DNA of 64,000 nt from Mobula birostris (lineage: Eukaryota), in contig NC_092398.1 of the NCBI RefSeq assembly GCF_030028105.1, forward strand, positions 479,471-543,470, in the 5' to 3' direction. Below are positions 25,736-38,384 of this stretch, one piece after another. A program made the translations under genes and the position numbers. Each line of letters begins with the position of its first letter. Positions within the stretch are counted from its first letter, which is position 1. Under the pieces are notes generated by a model. The model ran no database searches, was not told the DNA's origin, and saw nothing but the letters and a program-made list of their open reading frames with translations.

Positions 25736-25931
25736 AAGTACCAAGACCTCTGACAGATGATCTGCTGTTCCAGATATTCTGTTTTCTGCCGTGATGCTTC
25801 ACTCTGCAACACTGACATAGAATTGGTTCATCCACAGGGCCGCAAAGCCTCAGAACTCCAAACTGCAGCCTGATGTGACACTACCTGGTGTGGGTTAGAG
25901 CCACTAGACTGGCCGTGGCCTCCTGCAAAGT

Positions 25932-26850
25932 AATTAGATTAGATTAGATTCAATTTTATTGTCATTGTGCCGAGTACAGATACAAAGCCAATGAAATGCA
26001 GTTAGCATCCGACCAGAAATGCAAAGAATAGCGTTATTTACAAAATAACTGTCAATAAAAAGTAAGTGCTACAGCACACAAATATAAAAGTACTGAGACA
26101 GTACAATACGGATGCAATACTGCTTAGCGCTGTGATGAGAGGTTCAGCAGGGTCACAGCCTCAGGGAAGGAGCTCTTCCTGTGCCTGCTGGTGTGGGAGC
26201 GGAGGCTCCTGTAGCATCTACCGGATGGGAGGAGAGTAAAAAGTCCATGGTTAGGGTGAGATGCATCCTTGATAATGCTTTTCGCCCTGCCCAGGCAGCA
26301 TTTATGGTAGATGTTCTCAATGGTGGGCAATTGGGTGCCGATAATCTGCTGGGCAGTTTTCACCACACGCTGGAGTGCTTTGTGGTCCGATACAGGACAA
26401 TTGCCATACCACACTGAGGTGCAGTTGGTGAGTATACTCTCAATGGTACAGCGGTAAAAGTCCGTCAGTATCCTGCGACAGAGGTGAGCTTTCTTGATGC
26501 TCCGCAGGAAATAAAGGCGCTGTTGCACCTTTTTGATCAGGATGGAGGAGTTCAGGGACCAGGTGAGATCCTCGGAAATGTGGACACCAAGGAATTTGAA
26601 GCTTGATACACACTCCACTACAGCTCCGCTGATGTAGATGGGAACGTGATGTGGCTCCTAGCATGCCTGAAGTCCACAATGATCTCCTTGGTCTTCTGGG
26701 TGTTAAGGGCCAGGTTGTTGTTGGTATACCACGCGGCCAGCTGCTGCACCTCATCCCTGTAGGCCGTCTCGTCATCCCCTCTGATCAGGCCAACCACCGT
26801 GGTGTCGTCTGTGAACTTGATTATGGAGTTAGAACCATGTACAGGACCAT
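25932..26850 (-). mobile_element. Rex1/Babar 3' half, frameshifted
   Basis: IIKFTDDTTVVGLI..LNTQKTKEIIVDFR; FKFLGVHISEDLTWS..QQRLYFLR..HPNHGLFTLLPSGR; (attag)n tail at 25932-25950. Confidence 0.93.
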
Positions 26851-27692
26851 GTAATGCCTCAGTTCCTGAAATGGATCCTGGTTTAAACACAGAACATTCA
26901 CTTGTCATTGGACTGGAATATCTGGAGAATGTCTGGACAAAATGCAGCAAAGAAGCAGGAGGCCATTTGGCCCCATATCTGCTGTACCATTCAATAAGAT
27001 CATGGTTGGTCTGTTAGCTCAGCACCACTTTCCCACATTAGATTCTCAAGCATCGACACTTGCTGGAGTTTAGAAGACTGGGGCGCATGAGCTGCTGAGA
27101 GGAATGGCTGGTCGGGGATTCTAGGGTCTTGTCCCAGAACAAGGGGTTAGACATGGGCAACTAACGTCTCCTTTCAATGAACTGAAAAGATTAGAAATTC
27201 TCTTCACCTGAGAGCTGTGGGTTTTGGGAATTCGAAAGAAGTGAGGTTAAGACCAGAGTTTAGTAGCCATCCACAAATTTGCCTATGACACCACTATTAT
27301 AGCAGAATCTCGGACGGCAATGAGGGGGTGCACAGGAATGAGATAGATCAGCTGGTTGAGTGATGTTGCACTCAACATCAGTAAGACTAAAGAACTGATT
27401 GAGGAATTCAGGAAGGGGATGTCAGAACTTCACAGGAGTTTGAGGAGATTTAGTATGTCACCAAAGACACAGGAAAATTTCTATAGATGTACAGAGGAGA
27501 GCGTTGTGACCGGTTGCATCACCATCTTGTATGGAGGGGGCCAACACATAGGACTGGAAAACGCTGTAGAGGTTTGTAAATTTATTCAGCCTCATCATAG
27601 TCACAACCCTTCCCACCATCGAGCAAATCTTTAAAAGGCAGTAGCTGAAGGGAGCATCCATCATGAACGTCCCTCACTATCCGGGACACAGC

Positions 27693-28375
27693 CTCTTCTC
27701 ATTACTACCATCAGGGAGGAGGTACAGGATCCTGAAGACCCCTCCTCTCATTACTACCATCAGGGAGGAGATACAGGAGCCTGAAGACCCCTCTTCTCCT
27801 TACTACCATCAGGGAGGAGGTACAGGAGCCTGAAGACCCCTCTTCTCATTACTACCATCAGGGAGGAGGTACAGGATCCTGAAGACCCCTCCTCTCATTA
27901 CTACCATCAGGGAGGAGGTACAGGAGCCTGAAGACCCCTCTTCTCATTACTACCATCAGGGAGGAGGTACAGGATCCTGAAGACCCCTCCTCTCATTACT
28001 ACCATCAAGGAGGAGGTACAGGAGCCTGAAGACCCCTCTTCTCATTACTACCATCAGGGAGGAGGTACAGGAGCCTGAAGACCCTTCTCATTACTACCAT
28101 CAGGGAGGAGGTACAGGAGCCTGAAGACCCCTCTTCTCATTACTACCATCAGGGAGGAGGTACAGCAGCCTGAAGACCCCTCTTCTCATTACTACCATCA
28201 GGGAGGAGGTACAGGAGCCTGAAGATCCCTCTTCTCATTACTACCATCAGGGAGGAGGTACAGGAGCCTGAAGACCCCTCTTTTCATTGTGACCATCAGG
28301 GAGGAGGTACAGGAGCCTGAAGACCCCTCTTCTCATTACTACCATCAGGGAGGAGGGACAGGAGCCTGAAGACCC
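27693..28375. repeat. 49-bp minisatellite, about 14 copies, derived from Rex1 coding sequence
   Basis: ctcttctcattactaccatcagggaggaggtacaggagcctgaagaccc = LFSLLPSGRRYRSLKT motif, single-copy at 4505-4555 and 46988-47040. Confidence 0.95.
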
Positions 28376-28384
28376 TGTTGAGTA

Positions 28385-29455
28385 CCCATACTCAGCAGGA
28401 CATCAAAGATGTCATCTTTCTTTAACAAATGGGGTTTCCTGCCCTCTGCTCTCACCCGCATCTCCTCTATTTCCCAAGCATCTGCGCTCACCCCATCTTT
28501 CTGCCGCTGTAATAGTGATAGAGTTCCTTATCCTTACCTACCACCCCATCGGCTTCCGGATCCAACACATCATCCTCCATCTCCAAGGGATCCTACCACT
28601 AAACACGTCTCTATCTCTGTCCCCCCTCCTCGTCCCACAGGGATTGCTCTCTCTGTGATTTCCTTGTCCATTTGTCTCTCCCACTAACCTCCCTCCCAGC
28701 ACCGACCTCTGCCAGAGGCCCAAGTGCTTCACCTGCCCATACACCTCCTCCCTCACCTCCATTCAGGTCCCCTAACAGTCCTTCCAGGTGAGGCAGCACT
28801 TCACCTGTGAATCTGCTGGGGCTGTCTACCGTGTTCAGTGCTCCCAATGCATTATCCTCTCCCTAGGTAAGACCCATCATAAATTGGGGGACTACTTTGT
28901 TGAGCACCTCTGCATCGCCCACCACAAGTGGGACTTCCCAGTGGCCAAATATTTTAATTCCCAATCCCATCCCTGTTCCGAAGTGTTGGTCCTTTGCTTC
29001 CTCTTGTGCTAAAATGAGGCCACTGTCAGGGTGCAGGAGCAACGCCTTATATTCCGTCTTGGTATCCTCTAACCTGATGGTTTTTCCTATCGAAATTTCC
29101 TTCCAGCAGCCAGATTCCACCGCCCCTTCCTCTATTCCCCACTCTGACCTTTTACCTCTTCTCACCTGCCTAAAACTCCCCCTGAGCCCCGTTATCCCCT
29201 TTCTCCTATGGTCCACTCCCCTCTCCTATCAGATTCCTTCCTCTTCAGTCTTTGACCTTTCCCACCCACCTGACTTCACTGTCATCTTCCAGCGATCCTC
29301 CTTCCCCTCCCTCCAGCTTTTTATTCTGGCATCTTCCCCCCTTCATTCCCAGTCCCGATGAAGGGTCTCAGCCTGAAATGTCAGTCGTTTAATCATTTCC
29401 ATAGATGCTGCCCGACCTGCTGAGTTCCTCCAGCATTATGTGTGTGTTGCTCAAA
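28385..29455 (+). mobile_element. Penelope-like element, GIY-YIG endonuclease relic plus pseudo-LTR
   Basis: PKCFTCPY..QVRQHFTCESAGAVYRVQCSQC..LGKT..LGDYFVEHL (decayed VIY..YIGET..RF.EH); hammerhead-like motif at 29350-29388. Confidence 0.85.
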
Positions 29456-31359
29456 ATTTTAAGAACAGTTTCTTTCCTCCACCATCAGATTTCTGAACAG
29501 TCCATGATTCCATGAACACTACTCACCATTTCTTTTTTTTTTATCAGAATCGTAACCAGGTTTAAATTCACTGGCATATGTTATGAATTTTCCACTATTT
29601 ATATCGTAATCTTTATAACTTTGCACTATACTACTGGTGTGAAATAACACATTTCCTGTCATCTAATTTAGTGATAATGGAGATGATTCTGATTCCTGAA
29701 TTAAATAAATGTTGGATCAGGCTCCAGCAACCATGCCACCCACTCCTGCTCGTTCTCAGCCAGCTGCTGTAGAGGGCTTGACTGCTCAGCATCAGACTGA
29801 GATCTGGACTTTGCTCTGCTCGGCGTCAGGCTGATAGACAGATCTGGTTCCTGAGTCATGCTGCCATTTCACCAATGGCATCCATCTTACCGTGACCGGT
29901 GACCGACGAGCCAGTGAAAGGCTGGATCCAGCCCACAAGACTGAAGCCCAAGCTGGGTAGCAGGTTAACACCTGTGCCAGGCAAGGAAATTGCCCTTTCT
30001 GTTTTGACTCATGCTTCCAGACTTTTTAAAATTTCTTTGGTAGTTGTTGATTTTATTTGGCCCAAACTTTGCAATTCATTGTCTAATTTATTACCAGTTC
30101 TATACTGCAACCAAGGTTTGTGTTGGTGTCTGGTTCCTAAAAGTGGGCTGTTTATCATTGAAAGAACAGACACTTGGGACCTAAATGCAGATGCCAAGGT
30201 TCCTTTAGTCAGACTCTGAGCTCAGGGATGGTGTCGCAGTTGATGTTAGGTTGCATGGTTTTTGGCTCGGGTCTGGTCACAGATTCACTGGGATCATGGC
30301 TGGTATTATGCAGCCATGGAGTCATTAGTATGTCCCAACTAATGTGACTCATTTGTATTAACTCCTCATTCCAGCTCCTTGTTCAGACCCTTCTCTGTCG
30401 AGGAAAATCCAAGTGACCTTTCAGGCACTTGAACATTGTCCATAAGACACGAGCTGAATTAGGCCATTTGACCCTTTGAGTCTGCTCCACTGTTCAATCA
30501 TGGCTAATTCATTTTCCCTCATAACCTCAATCCCAATCCCCTAAACTGACCCCATAACCAGGGCACTGTCAGTAATCCTGCTTCCAGTACTCTCTCCAGC
30601 AGTGCATTCTGGGTACTCACCACTCCCTGAGTGTGAACCTACCCCCCAGATTCTCCAAATCATTTTCTCTTTACCCTAAGTCTATCTCCTCCAGTTTTTT
30701 CTTACTGGTGTGGGTTGGAGTTTTCTGTTGTCAACATGCTCGGGTTTTATGTGCCTTACCAGCTGCCTGTTTCTAACCTGGTCTGCCTCAGGAATGACAG
30801 AACCAGCCTTCCGGTCTCTTCTTGAAACTGAAACGCTGAATCCTGCGGAGCCTCGTTTGTACGTCTCCGGCACAGTCCTGTGGGTTGGTTGTATCTGGGT
30901 TAGGGTGGTCCCACCCAGGTTAGAGGTGAACCTGTCCAGGGTTGGAGTTTAGTGTTCGGTATTGGATTAGAACTTGTCTTTAAGGATTAGGGCTCAGAGG
31001 TTATGGTTGAGGGTCAGGGGCTGGATGGGCGCTGATTTTGGGAGCACGTCTGCTTTGTCAGTGAGGAGATGGTTATGCGGTTTGATCTGGCTGGTGTAAG
31101 GATATGTTGGGTTACTAGGGTGATTGCGGGGTTTGTTTTGACTGGTGTAAGAATACTTTGGGTTCTGTGAGCAGATTTCCAATGTTTCCCCTTTCACTGG
31201 TGCCAGCCGCTCTGGTTTCCATTTGTCATTGCCTTTCACTGTCGACCCTCGTGGGTCACCCTGATAAGAGTTAAGAATGAGACAAGGAAGAGGTGCAATA
31301 GATAAGATCTGAAAGTCTTGTACAGACCCGATGAAAGTAAACATTGAGTGGGGGTGGGG

Positions 31360-32770
31360 AATGGCGCTGGACGCCTCTCACCTGCAGGATTACAGCTACT
31401 CTGGAGGGGACTGAACCCAGCCAGGGGTTTTACTGAGATGGTTTTTCACAGAGACTTTTGGAGTTGGAGTGGTCAGTGGTTACGATGGTCTGCTCCTCAC
31501 TCAGTCAGTTTCGGTGCGAGCACAGCCGTGCTGCGTGACGGGGCAAAGGTCACTCGCTGCTCTAGGGAGTGTGTAGGTAGGCGCGAGACCCTTGTACACG
31601 CTTTAACTGCAGATCACACTATCTCCAGCCCCGAGCCTTACTGCATTTCACTACCACAGTCTTGTGTGGCTTGGTAATTCCTGCTTTTATTGTCCTTTCT
31701 GCTGAATAAAGCAGGGGTGGGGAGGCATCTATACGTTTGCGGTGAAGTGTCGTATTTCATGGGAGTGCTTCCGAGTACCTCCCAGTGTGAGGAGTGCCAG
31801 ACAGTCTCGGCTTTGCTTTGCAGCCTGCGAACGGCTAGGTGTAAAGCAGCGAAACAGGCTGGACCTCTTATGCTCATGCGCCTCCGACCTTGCGGAGGAT
31901 CAGGAAATAATTCTGCCCAATACTGCGGAGGGTGCTGGAGCTTGTAACACGCAGCGGGAGGGATTGCTGGCTGTAGGGTGGAGTTCGTCCACCACTCCAT
32001 TTACTAGATGATGTGGGATTAATGTGAGTCAGCAAACTGCGCTGACATCCCTGGTCGTGTAAAGTGAAGAAGAGCCGAGTTAGATGGAGGAGGAGTGGGA
32101 TTTTCCGGGTATTTTACCATGTTCTGCACCAGCACGGTTCTCTTGACGCTTTGGCCGGTGGACTTCACTGTTCAAGCACCATGAGCTGTCAGACAAGCTA
32201 TAAATTGTTCAGTGACTGTTAAAATAACTCTTGGTTAGAAAATAATTAGAGGGTTTACTGTTTTCTGAAGTTGATCCATCCAGGCAACCATCCGATGTGG
32301 AAAGTGTTTCGAAGTCCGTGTGGATTTGACTTGTACATGTTTGCTGTGGGTTCTGCGTGGGGCTGAGCACACCCGGGGAGTCTTTTGTTACTAAAGTCAG
32401 CCGAGCTCCTGGGAGTCACCGGACGGTCGTGATGGATGATTTCTCCGGCTTGGAGGTAGCGTTGAAAAATAAAAAGAAGGGGAAATCGAACTCTTTACAG
32501 CGAGCACTAAGCTGGCTGAGGTTGTCAGGACGCAAGAAAAAGAGGTCGCAAAGTGAAGGGGACAAGTCAGCATCCAGGCTGAGAAAAGCTTCTCAAAGTT
32601 CAGGTGAGCCGACTTTTCCGGTTATCATCCGGCTTTAAAAACCCAGCAACCGGAGATTCAGTAATGGCTGATCTTCGCCGTGTCAAACATGCGCCAGAAT
32701 TGCCAAGCCAATAAATTTCCTTTGAACAGTTCAAGGTCCTGACGACCTTGTTTGCGCTGCTCATGAAGCG
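31360..32770 (+). promoter_or_regulatory. Repeat-free, CpG-enriched putative promoter/5'UTR region
   Basis: Visibly more CpG than flanks (gtgctgcgtgacgg, ggcgcgag, ctgcgaacgg, ccggacggtcg); no TE relics seen; AP-1 site tgagtca near 32024; surrounds the candidate exon. Confidence 0.55.
32432..32603 (+). CDS. NHSL3: Candidate first coding exon, NHS-like 3 (KIAA1522)-type alternative N-terminus
   Basis: ATG in good context (gtgATGG); MDDFSGLEVALKNKKKGKSNSLQRALSWLRLSGRKKKRSQSEGDKSASRLRKASQSS; strong donor CAG|GTGAGC, phase 1 within a Gly codon. Resembles the recalled KIAA1522 isoform motif RRKK..GLRRAFSWLRGKRRKKK. No downstream exon recognised. Confidence 0.55.
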
Positions 32771-32799
32771 GTAATGAGCTGAAACCTAGACAGCTGCAA

Positions 32800-33400
32800 A
32801 CAGGTCCTTTTTCTTTACGCAGCCTGTTCCAGAGTTAGGGAATGGGGACCCGTCCTGCAGAGAGCCCGTTCCAGAGTTAGGGAATGGGGACCCGTCCTGT
32901 CCTGTACAGCAACCCGTTCTAGAGTTAGGGAATGGGGACCCGTCCTGTTCCTGTCCTGTACAGCAACCCGTTCCAGAGTTAGGGAATAGGAATCTGTCCT
33001 GCAGAGAGCTCATTCCAGAGTTAGGGAATGGGGACCCGTCCTGTCCTGTACAGCAACCCGTTCCAGAGTTAGGGAATAGGAATCTGTCCTGCAGAGAGCC
33101 CGTTCCAGAGTTAGGGAATGGGGACCCGTCCTGTCCTGTACAGCAACCCGTTCCAGAGTTAGGGAATAGGAATCTGTCCTGCAGAGAGCCCGTTCCAGAG
33201 TTAGGGAATGGGGACCCGTCCTGTCCTGTACAGCAACCCGTTCCAGAGTTAGGGAATGGGAACCTGTCCTGCACAGAATCTGTTCTAGAGTTGGGGAATG
33301 GGGACCTGTCCGGTACAAGAACCCCTTCTAGAGTTGGGGAACAGGGACCTGTCACGTTTGGGAACCCATTCCAGAGCTGGGGAATGGGAACCTTGTCCTT
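32800..33400. repeat. Minisatellite of alternating 48- and 42-bp units (90-bp higher-order period)
   Basis: ttccagagttagggaatggggacccgtcctgtcctgtacagcaacccg alternating with ttccagagttagggaataggaatctgtcctgcagagagcccg. Confidence 0.93.
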
Positions 33401-34399
33401 GGAATCCCTGGCGGATATTTTGAATTATGGTATACCACCTTCAGTTTCTGTATTACTGTCGTAGCAAGGATCCCTTTTCTCGGTTTCTCATTCCCAGTGT
33501 TCCTCCAGTGGATGTGGGTCTGGTTAATGGGAGCATGAGCTGCACTGGACAACCCTGGATCAGTGAGACGTGGCCAGTGAGAGCAGTCTTCCTGCCGCTA
33601 ATTACCCAAGACTGCATCGATCTGAGCGGTGCAGTTGGGGAAAAGAGATCTTGAATGTACTACTTCCACTGGAATGAGTTTGATATGACAAGCAGTCTGA
33701 CCTGAGCTATTTGCACATGGATGTTCTGTTGATATTCACTGGAGTTGAACTGAGCTGTAAGCAAAACTGTGGGTGAGGGAACACAATGAAATTGTACTGT
33801 TGTAAGCACTGACTTCATAGTAAAGTACTTTCACCTGACTGATGTAGGACTAACTTTAGATTTGTTTGATTGGAAACCATGAACAAGTACCAGAGCCACA
33901 TGAATAACCAGTTAAAAGGAACTGATATTGAATTGTCAATAATTTACAATACCGCCCCACCCCCAATGGTCCATGCAAACAGTTTCAGGTTGACTTCATT
34001 TGGCCTGTACCTGATGTACTGATGTTTAGTCACTTCAGAAATCTATTGATAGAGTAAATAGTTTGGTTTCAAAAGCATTTTGGAAGAACTTTCACAGTCT
34101 GACAAATCATTGTATTGAATTTAAAATAAAATCAAATTTCCAGAAATTGCTGGAGATACTGAACAGGCCTGGCAGCCTCTGGAAAGGAATAGCTGATGAT
34201 TCAGGTCACAACATTGATGAGAGCTGGAAAACCGTAACTGGAACAGCTAAACACTATTCCAGTGCTGAGGAATGCTCATTGAACTGAAATCTCCACAGAT
34301 GCTGTCTGACCTGCTGAGTATTTCCAGTTAATATTTAGATTTCAAACTCTGTACCCAATGCACCTAAAATACAGTTAAATGCTGTTTAAGGTTACTTCT

Positions 34400-35578
34400 G
34401 AAGGATGGGCTGTGTACAGATATGCACATTGTCTAAAGGTTGGACTGTGTACAGATAGGCACATTGTCTAAAGGTTGGGCTGTGTACAAATATGCATATA
34501 GTCTAAAGGTTGGGCTGTGTACAGATATGCATTGTCTATAGGTTGGACTGTGTACAGATATGCACATTGTCTATAAGTTGGACTGTGTACAGATATGCAC
34601 ATTGTCTATAGGTTGGACTGTGTACAGATATGCATATAGTCTAAAGGTTGGGCTGTGTACAGATATGCACATTGTTTAAAGGTTGGACTGTGTACAGATA
34701 TGCACATTGTCTGAAGGTTGGGCTGTGTACTGATATGCACATTGTCTGAAGGTTGGGCTGTGCACAGATATGCATTGTCTAAAGGTTGGACTGTGTACAG
34801 ATATGCACATTGTCTGTAGGTTGGACTGTGTACAGATAGGCATATAGTCTAAAGGTTGGGCTGTGTACAGATATGCACATTGTTTAAAGGTTGGACTGTG
34901 TACAGATATGCACATTGTTTAAAGATTGGACTGTGTACAGATATGCACATTGTCTATAGGTTGGACTGTGTACAGATATGCACATTGTTTAAAGGTTGGA
35001 CTGTGTACAGATATGCACATTGTTTAAAGGTTGGACTGTGTACAGATATGCACATTGTCTATAGGTTGGACTGTGTACAGGTATGCACATTGTCTATAGG
35101 TTGGACTGTGTACAGATATGCATATAATCTAAAGGTTGGGCTGTGTACAGATATGCACATTGTCTAAAGGTTGGACTGTGTACAGATATGCATATAATCT
35201 AAAGGTTGGGCTGTGTACAGATATGCACATTGTTTAAAGGTTGGACTGTGTACAGATATGCACATTGTTTAAAGGTTGGACTGTGTACAGATATGCATAT
35301 TGTCTATAGGTTGGACTGTGTACAGGTATGCACATTGTCTATAGGTTGGACTGTGTACAGATATGCATATAGTCTAAAGGTTGGGCTGTGTAGATACGCA
35401 CATTGTTTAAAGGTTGGACTGTGTACTGATATGCACATTGTCTAAAGGTTGGGCTGTGTACTGATATCCACATTGTCTATAGGTTGGACTGTGTACAGGT
35501 ATGCACATTGTCTAAAGATTGGACTGTGTACTGATATGCACATTGCCTATAGGTTGGACTTTGTACAGATATGCATGG
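34400..35578. repeat. 35-bp minisatellite, about 33 copies
   Basis: aaggttggactgtgtacagatatgcacattgtcta. Confidence 0.97.
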
Positions 35579-36161
35579 TGTCATGCCAAAGTGGGCATTG
35601 AGGAACTCCATTTACAATGTAGCTTGAAGGTTGATGACTGTGGTTGTCACCTTGCACAGGTCCAATATCACCTGATGGCAGCTTTTGCATAATTCATTGT
35701 ATCTGTATACGCTGGCCGTGTGGAGGACTCAACTCGGTACGTGGAGATGGGTTTCTTTGTCAGAGCTAACTTTCTGATGCCTTTCAGCTGCATGTGTGGT
35801 ATCAGTGAAAACAACTTTGAATCAAATCAGATTAAAGTTTCTGTGTAAAAGAGCCATTTGCATTTGTAACCACTGCCCTTCCGCGAAGAGGGCAGCTGAG
35901 AGTTCTGTACAAGTGTGACTGTGGTCTTGCAAGGAAGCAAAGGCAAATCTTTTTTGTTAACTTGCATGTACCTAGAATGGCCAAATACCCATTTCAGCCA
36001 TCGACTGGTTTAACCCCAAGCGCTATATCCTTTATGATCTGTAACTACAGAGGATAAGTTCACTATCAGCAGAGCAAGCAAACCTGCCGATTCTGCCTCT
36101 GGCTGGTGGAGGCAGAAATAATGAGAACTGTTGTCTTTTGAAATAAATGTAGATGGAAAAT

Positions 36162-36433
36162 CATTCTTCTTGTTCTTAAGCCCATCACCCCTACTTAGGT
36201 ATAGGTCAGCATCAGTAACTCGCCAGAGTCCTCTGTCCTGGGCCGATAGAAGGACTTTCAGCACACGACTTCATACACCTTGTAGGTGAAGATCCTGCCT
36301 CTCCTGGGGCTGAGGTCTCTGGAGCATCTGTTGGCGTTTCTGTAGCTCTGGGATTTTCCGGGATGGGATTGCTAGTCCCATGCCCAACCCTCCTGCTTTC
36401 GCAGCCGGGCTTGGGGCCATCCATGGTGGAGTT
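36162..36433 (-). mobile_element. Bipartite non-autonomous RTE-clade derivative (5'UTR fused to 3' end)
   Basis: Minus strand: ccccaagcccgg..ggagggttgggcatggg (RTE 5'UTR-like), then AQDRGLWR C-terminal motif and (aag)n tail; imperfect flanking duplication agatggaaaat/aaatgggaaat. Confidence 0.65.
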
Positions 36434-36459
36434 AAATGGGAAATATGTTTTAGATCATG

Positions 36460-37070
36460 GACACAAGAGATGCTGCAGATATTGGAAATCTAAAGCAGTA
36501 TACACAATGTGCTGGAGGAGCTCAGCAGGTTAGGCAGCATCAATGGATGGGAATAAACAGTCAATGTTTCAGGCCGAGACTCTTCATCAGGAGTGGAAAG
36601 GAAGGGAAGAAAAGTCAGAATAAGAAGGTGGGGGTAGGGGAGGAAGAAGTTCAAGGTGATAGGTGAAACCAGGAGAGGGGGAGGGGGTGAAGTAAAGAGC
36701 TGGAACGTTGATTGGTGGAAGTGATAAAGGGCTGGAGAAGGGGGAATCTGTTCGGAGAGGACAGAAGACCATGGAAGAAAGGGAAAGGAAAGGAACACTA
36801 AAGGGAGGTGATGAGCATGTAAGAAGAGAAGGAGTGAGGGGAAAACAAGAATGGGGAATGGTGAAGGAGAGGGGGACAGGGTTCAGTTATTGGAAGTTTG
36901 AGAAGTTGATGTTGATGCCATCAGGTTGGAGGCTACCCAGATGGTATTCCTCCTCTACCCTGTGTGGTCTCATCATGGCGGTAGAGAGGGCCATGGACTG
37001 GCATGTCAGGATGGGAAAGGGAAGTAGAACTGAAACTCCCGGTGGCCGTCATTTCAATTCTACTTCCTAT
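36460..37070 (-). mobile_element. Penelope-like 3' fragment with pseudo-LTR
   Basis: Reverse-complement homologue of 28950-29455; hammerhead-like motif at 36557-36594. Confidence 0.85.
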
Positions 37071-37094
37071 CCCCATGATAGAGGATTGGAAAGC

Positions 37095-38197
37095 TTTTAA
37101 AACCTATAGAAAGAAACTAGAAGAATCATTAGGAGGGAAAAGCTGAAATTTGAAAGCAAGCTAGTGAACAATCTCGGGATGGATAGAAAAAACTTTTTCA
37201 AGTATATAAAAAAAATAAAAGAGAGGTGAGAGTGGATTGAGGACTGCTAGAAAATGAGGCTGGAGAAATAACGGGGACAAGGAGATGGCAGATGAACTAA
37301 ATGAGTATTTTGCATCAGACCTCACTGTGGAAGACATTAGCAGTATTCCAGGTATTGAAGGGTGTGAGGGAAGAGAAGTGAGTGCACTTACTATTATTAG
37401 GGAGAAGGTGCTCTAAAAGCTGAAAGACCTAAAGGAGAATGGGCAAGAAAGTGGCAAAGGAAATACCCATGTCCATGCAATTCAGTAGTAGAAATAAATG
37501 TGCAATCTGAGATGCAGAGGGACTTGGGAGTCCTTGTGCAGAACACCCTGAAGGTTAACTTGCAGGTTGAGTCGGTGGTGAGGAAGGCAAATGCAATGTT
37601 AGCATGTACAAGAGCAGGGATGTGAGGCTTTATAAGGCACAGGTGAGGCCTCACCTTGAGTATTCTGAACAGTTTTGGGCCCCTTATCTTAGAAAAGATG
37701 TGCTGACATTGGAGAGGGTCCAGAGGAGGTTCACAAGGATGATTCCGGGAATGAAAGGGTTATCATACGAGGAATGTTTGATGGCTTTGGGTCTGTACTC
37801 GCTGGAATTCAGAAGGATGAGGTGGGATCTCATTGAAACCTTTCGAATGTTGAAAGGCCTGGACAGAGTAGATGTGGAAAGGATGTTTCCCATGGTGGGG
37901 GAGTCTAGGACAAGAGAGCACAGCCTCAGGATAGAGGGGCACCCTTTCAAAACAGAGATGTAGGGAAATTTCTTTAGCCAAAGGTGGTGAATTTGTAGAA
38001 TTTGTTGCTACATGCAGCTGTGGAGGCCAGGTCGTTGGGTGTACTTAAGGCAGAGATTGATAGGTTCTTGACTGGACATGGCATCAAAAATTACAGGGGG
38101 AGGGCTGGGGAGTGGGGCTAAGGAGGGGAAAAAAAGGATCAGCTATGATTAAATGGCAGGTCAGACTTGATGGGCCAAATGGCCTAATTCTGCTGCT
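37095..38197 (+). mobile_element. CR1 ORF2 relic with internal deletion
   Basis: EMADELNEYFAS; ORF 37604-37963 VRPHLEYSEQFWAPYLRKDVLTLERVQRRFTRMIPG; 3'UTR. Confidence 0.9.
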
Positions 38198-38384
38198 ATT
38201 TATTATTGTTTTTAATCTTTGTATGTGCACAGTTTGTTGGTTTTTTTGCACATTGGTTGTTGGGTGTGGTCCCCCATTGATTCTGTTGCGTTTCTTGTGT
38301 TTACTGTGATTGCCCACAAGAAAATGAATCTCAGGCTTGTAGATGGTGATATCTATGTACTTGGATTACAAACTTACTTTGAAC

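Larger units (their letters stand above)
27280..29700 (+). mobile_element. Decayed Rex1/Babar element hosting a minisatellite and a Penelope insertion
   Basis: LNISKTKELI..FRK, FYRCTEESVVTGCIT; after the inserts it resumes FKNSFFP (29457) to a gattctgattc tail. Confidence 0.8.

Noticed and set aside
31348-32011. Overlapping 85-120-aa ORFs near the CpG island
   Set aside because: Expected in GC-rich DNA; no recognisable homology or consistent splice signals.
32786-33355. 189-aa repetitive protein on minus strand
   Set aside because: Stop-free translation of a minisatellite with no domain or splice support.
34676-35445. Cys/His-rich ORFs resembling zinc fingers
   Set aside because: Translations of a 35-bp satellite; the unit is not a multiple of 3 and there is no C2H2 spacing or linker.
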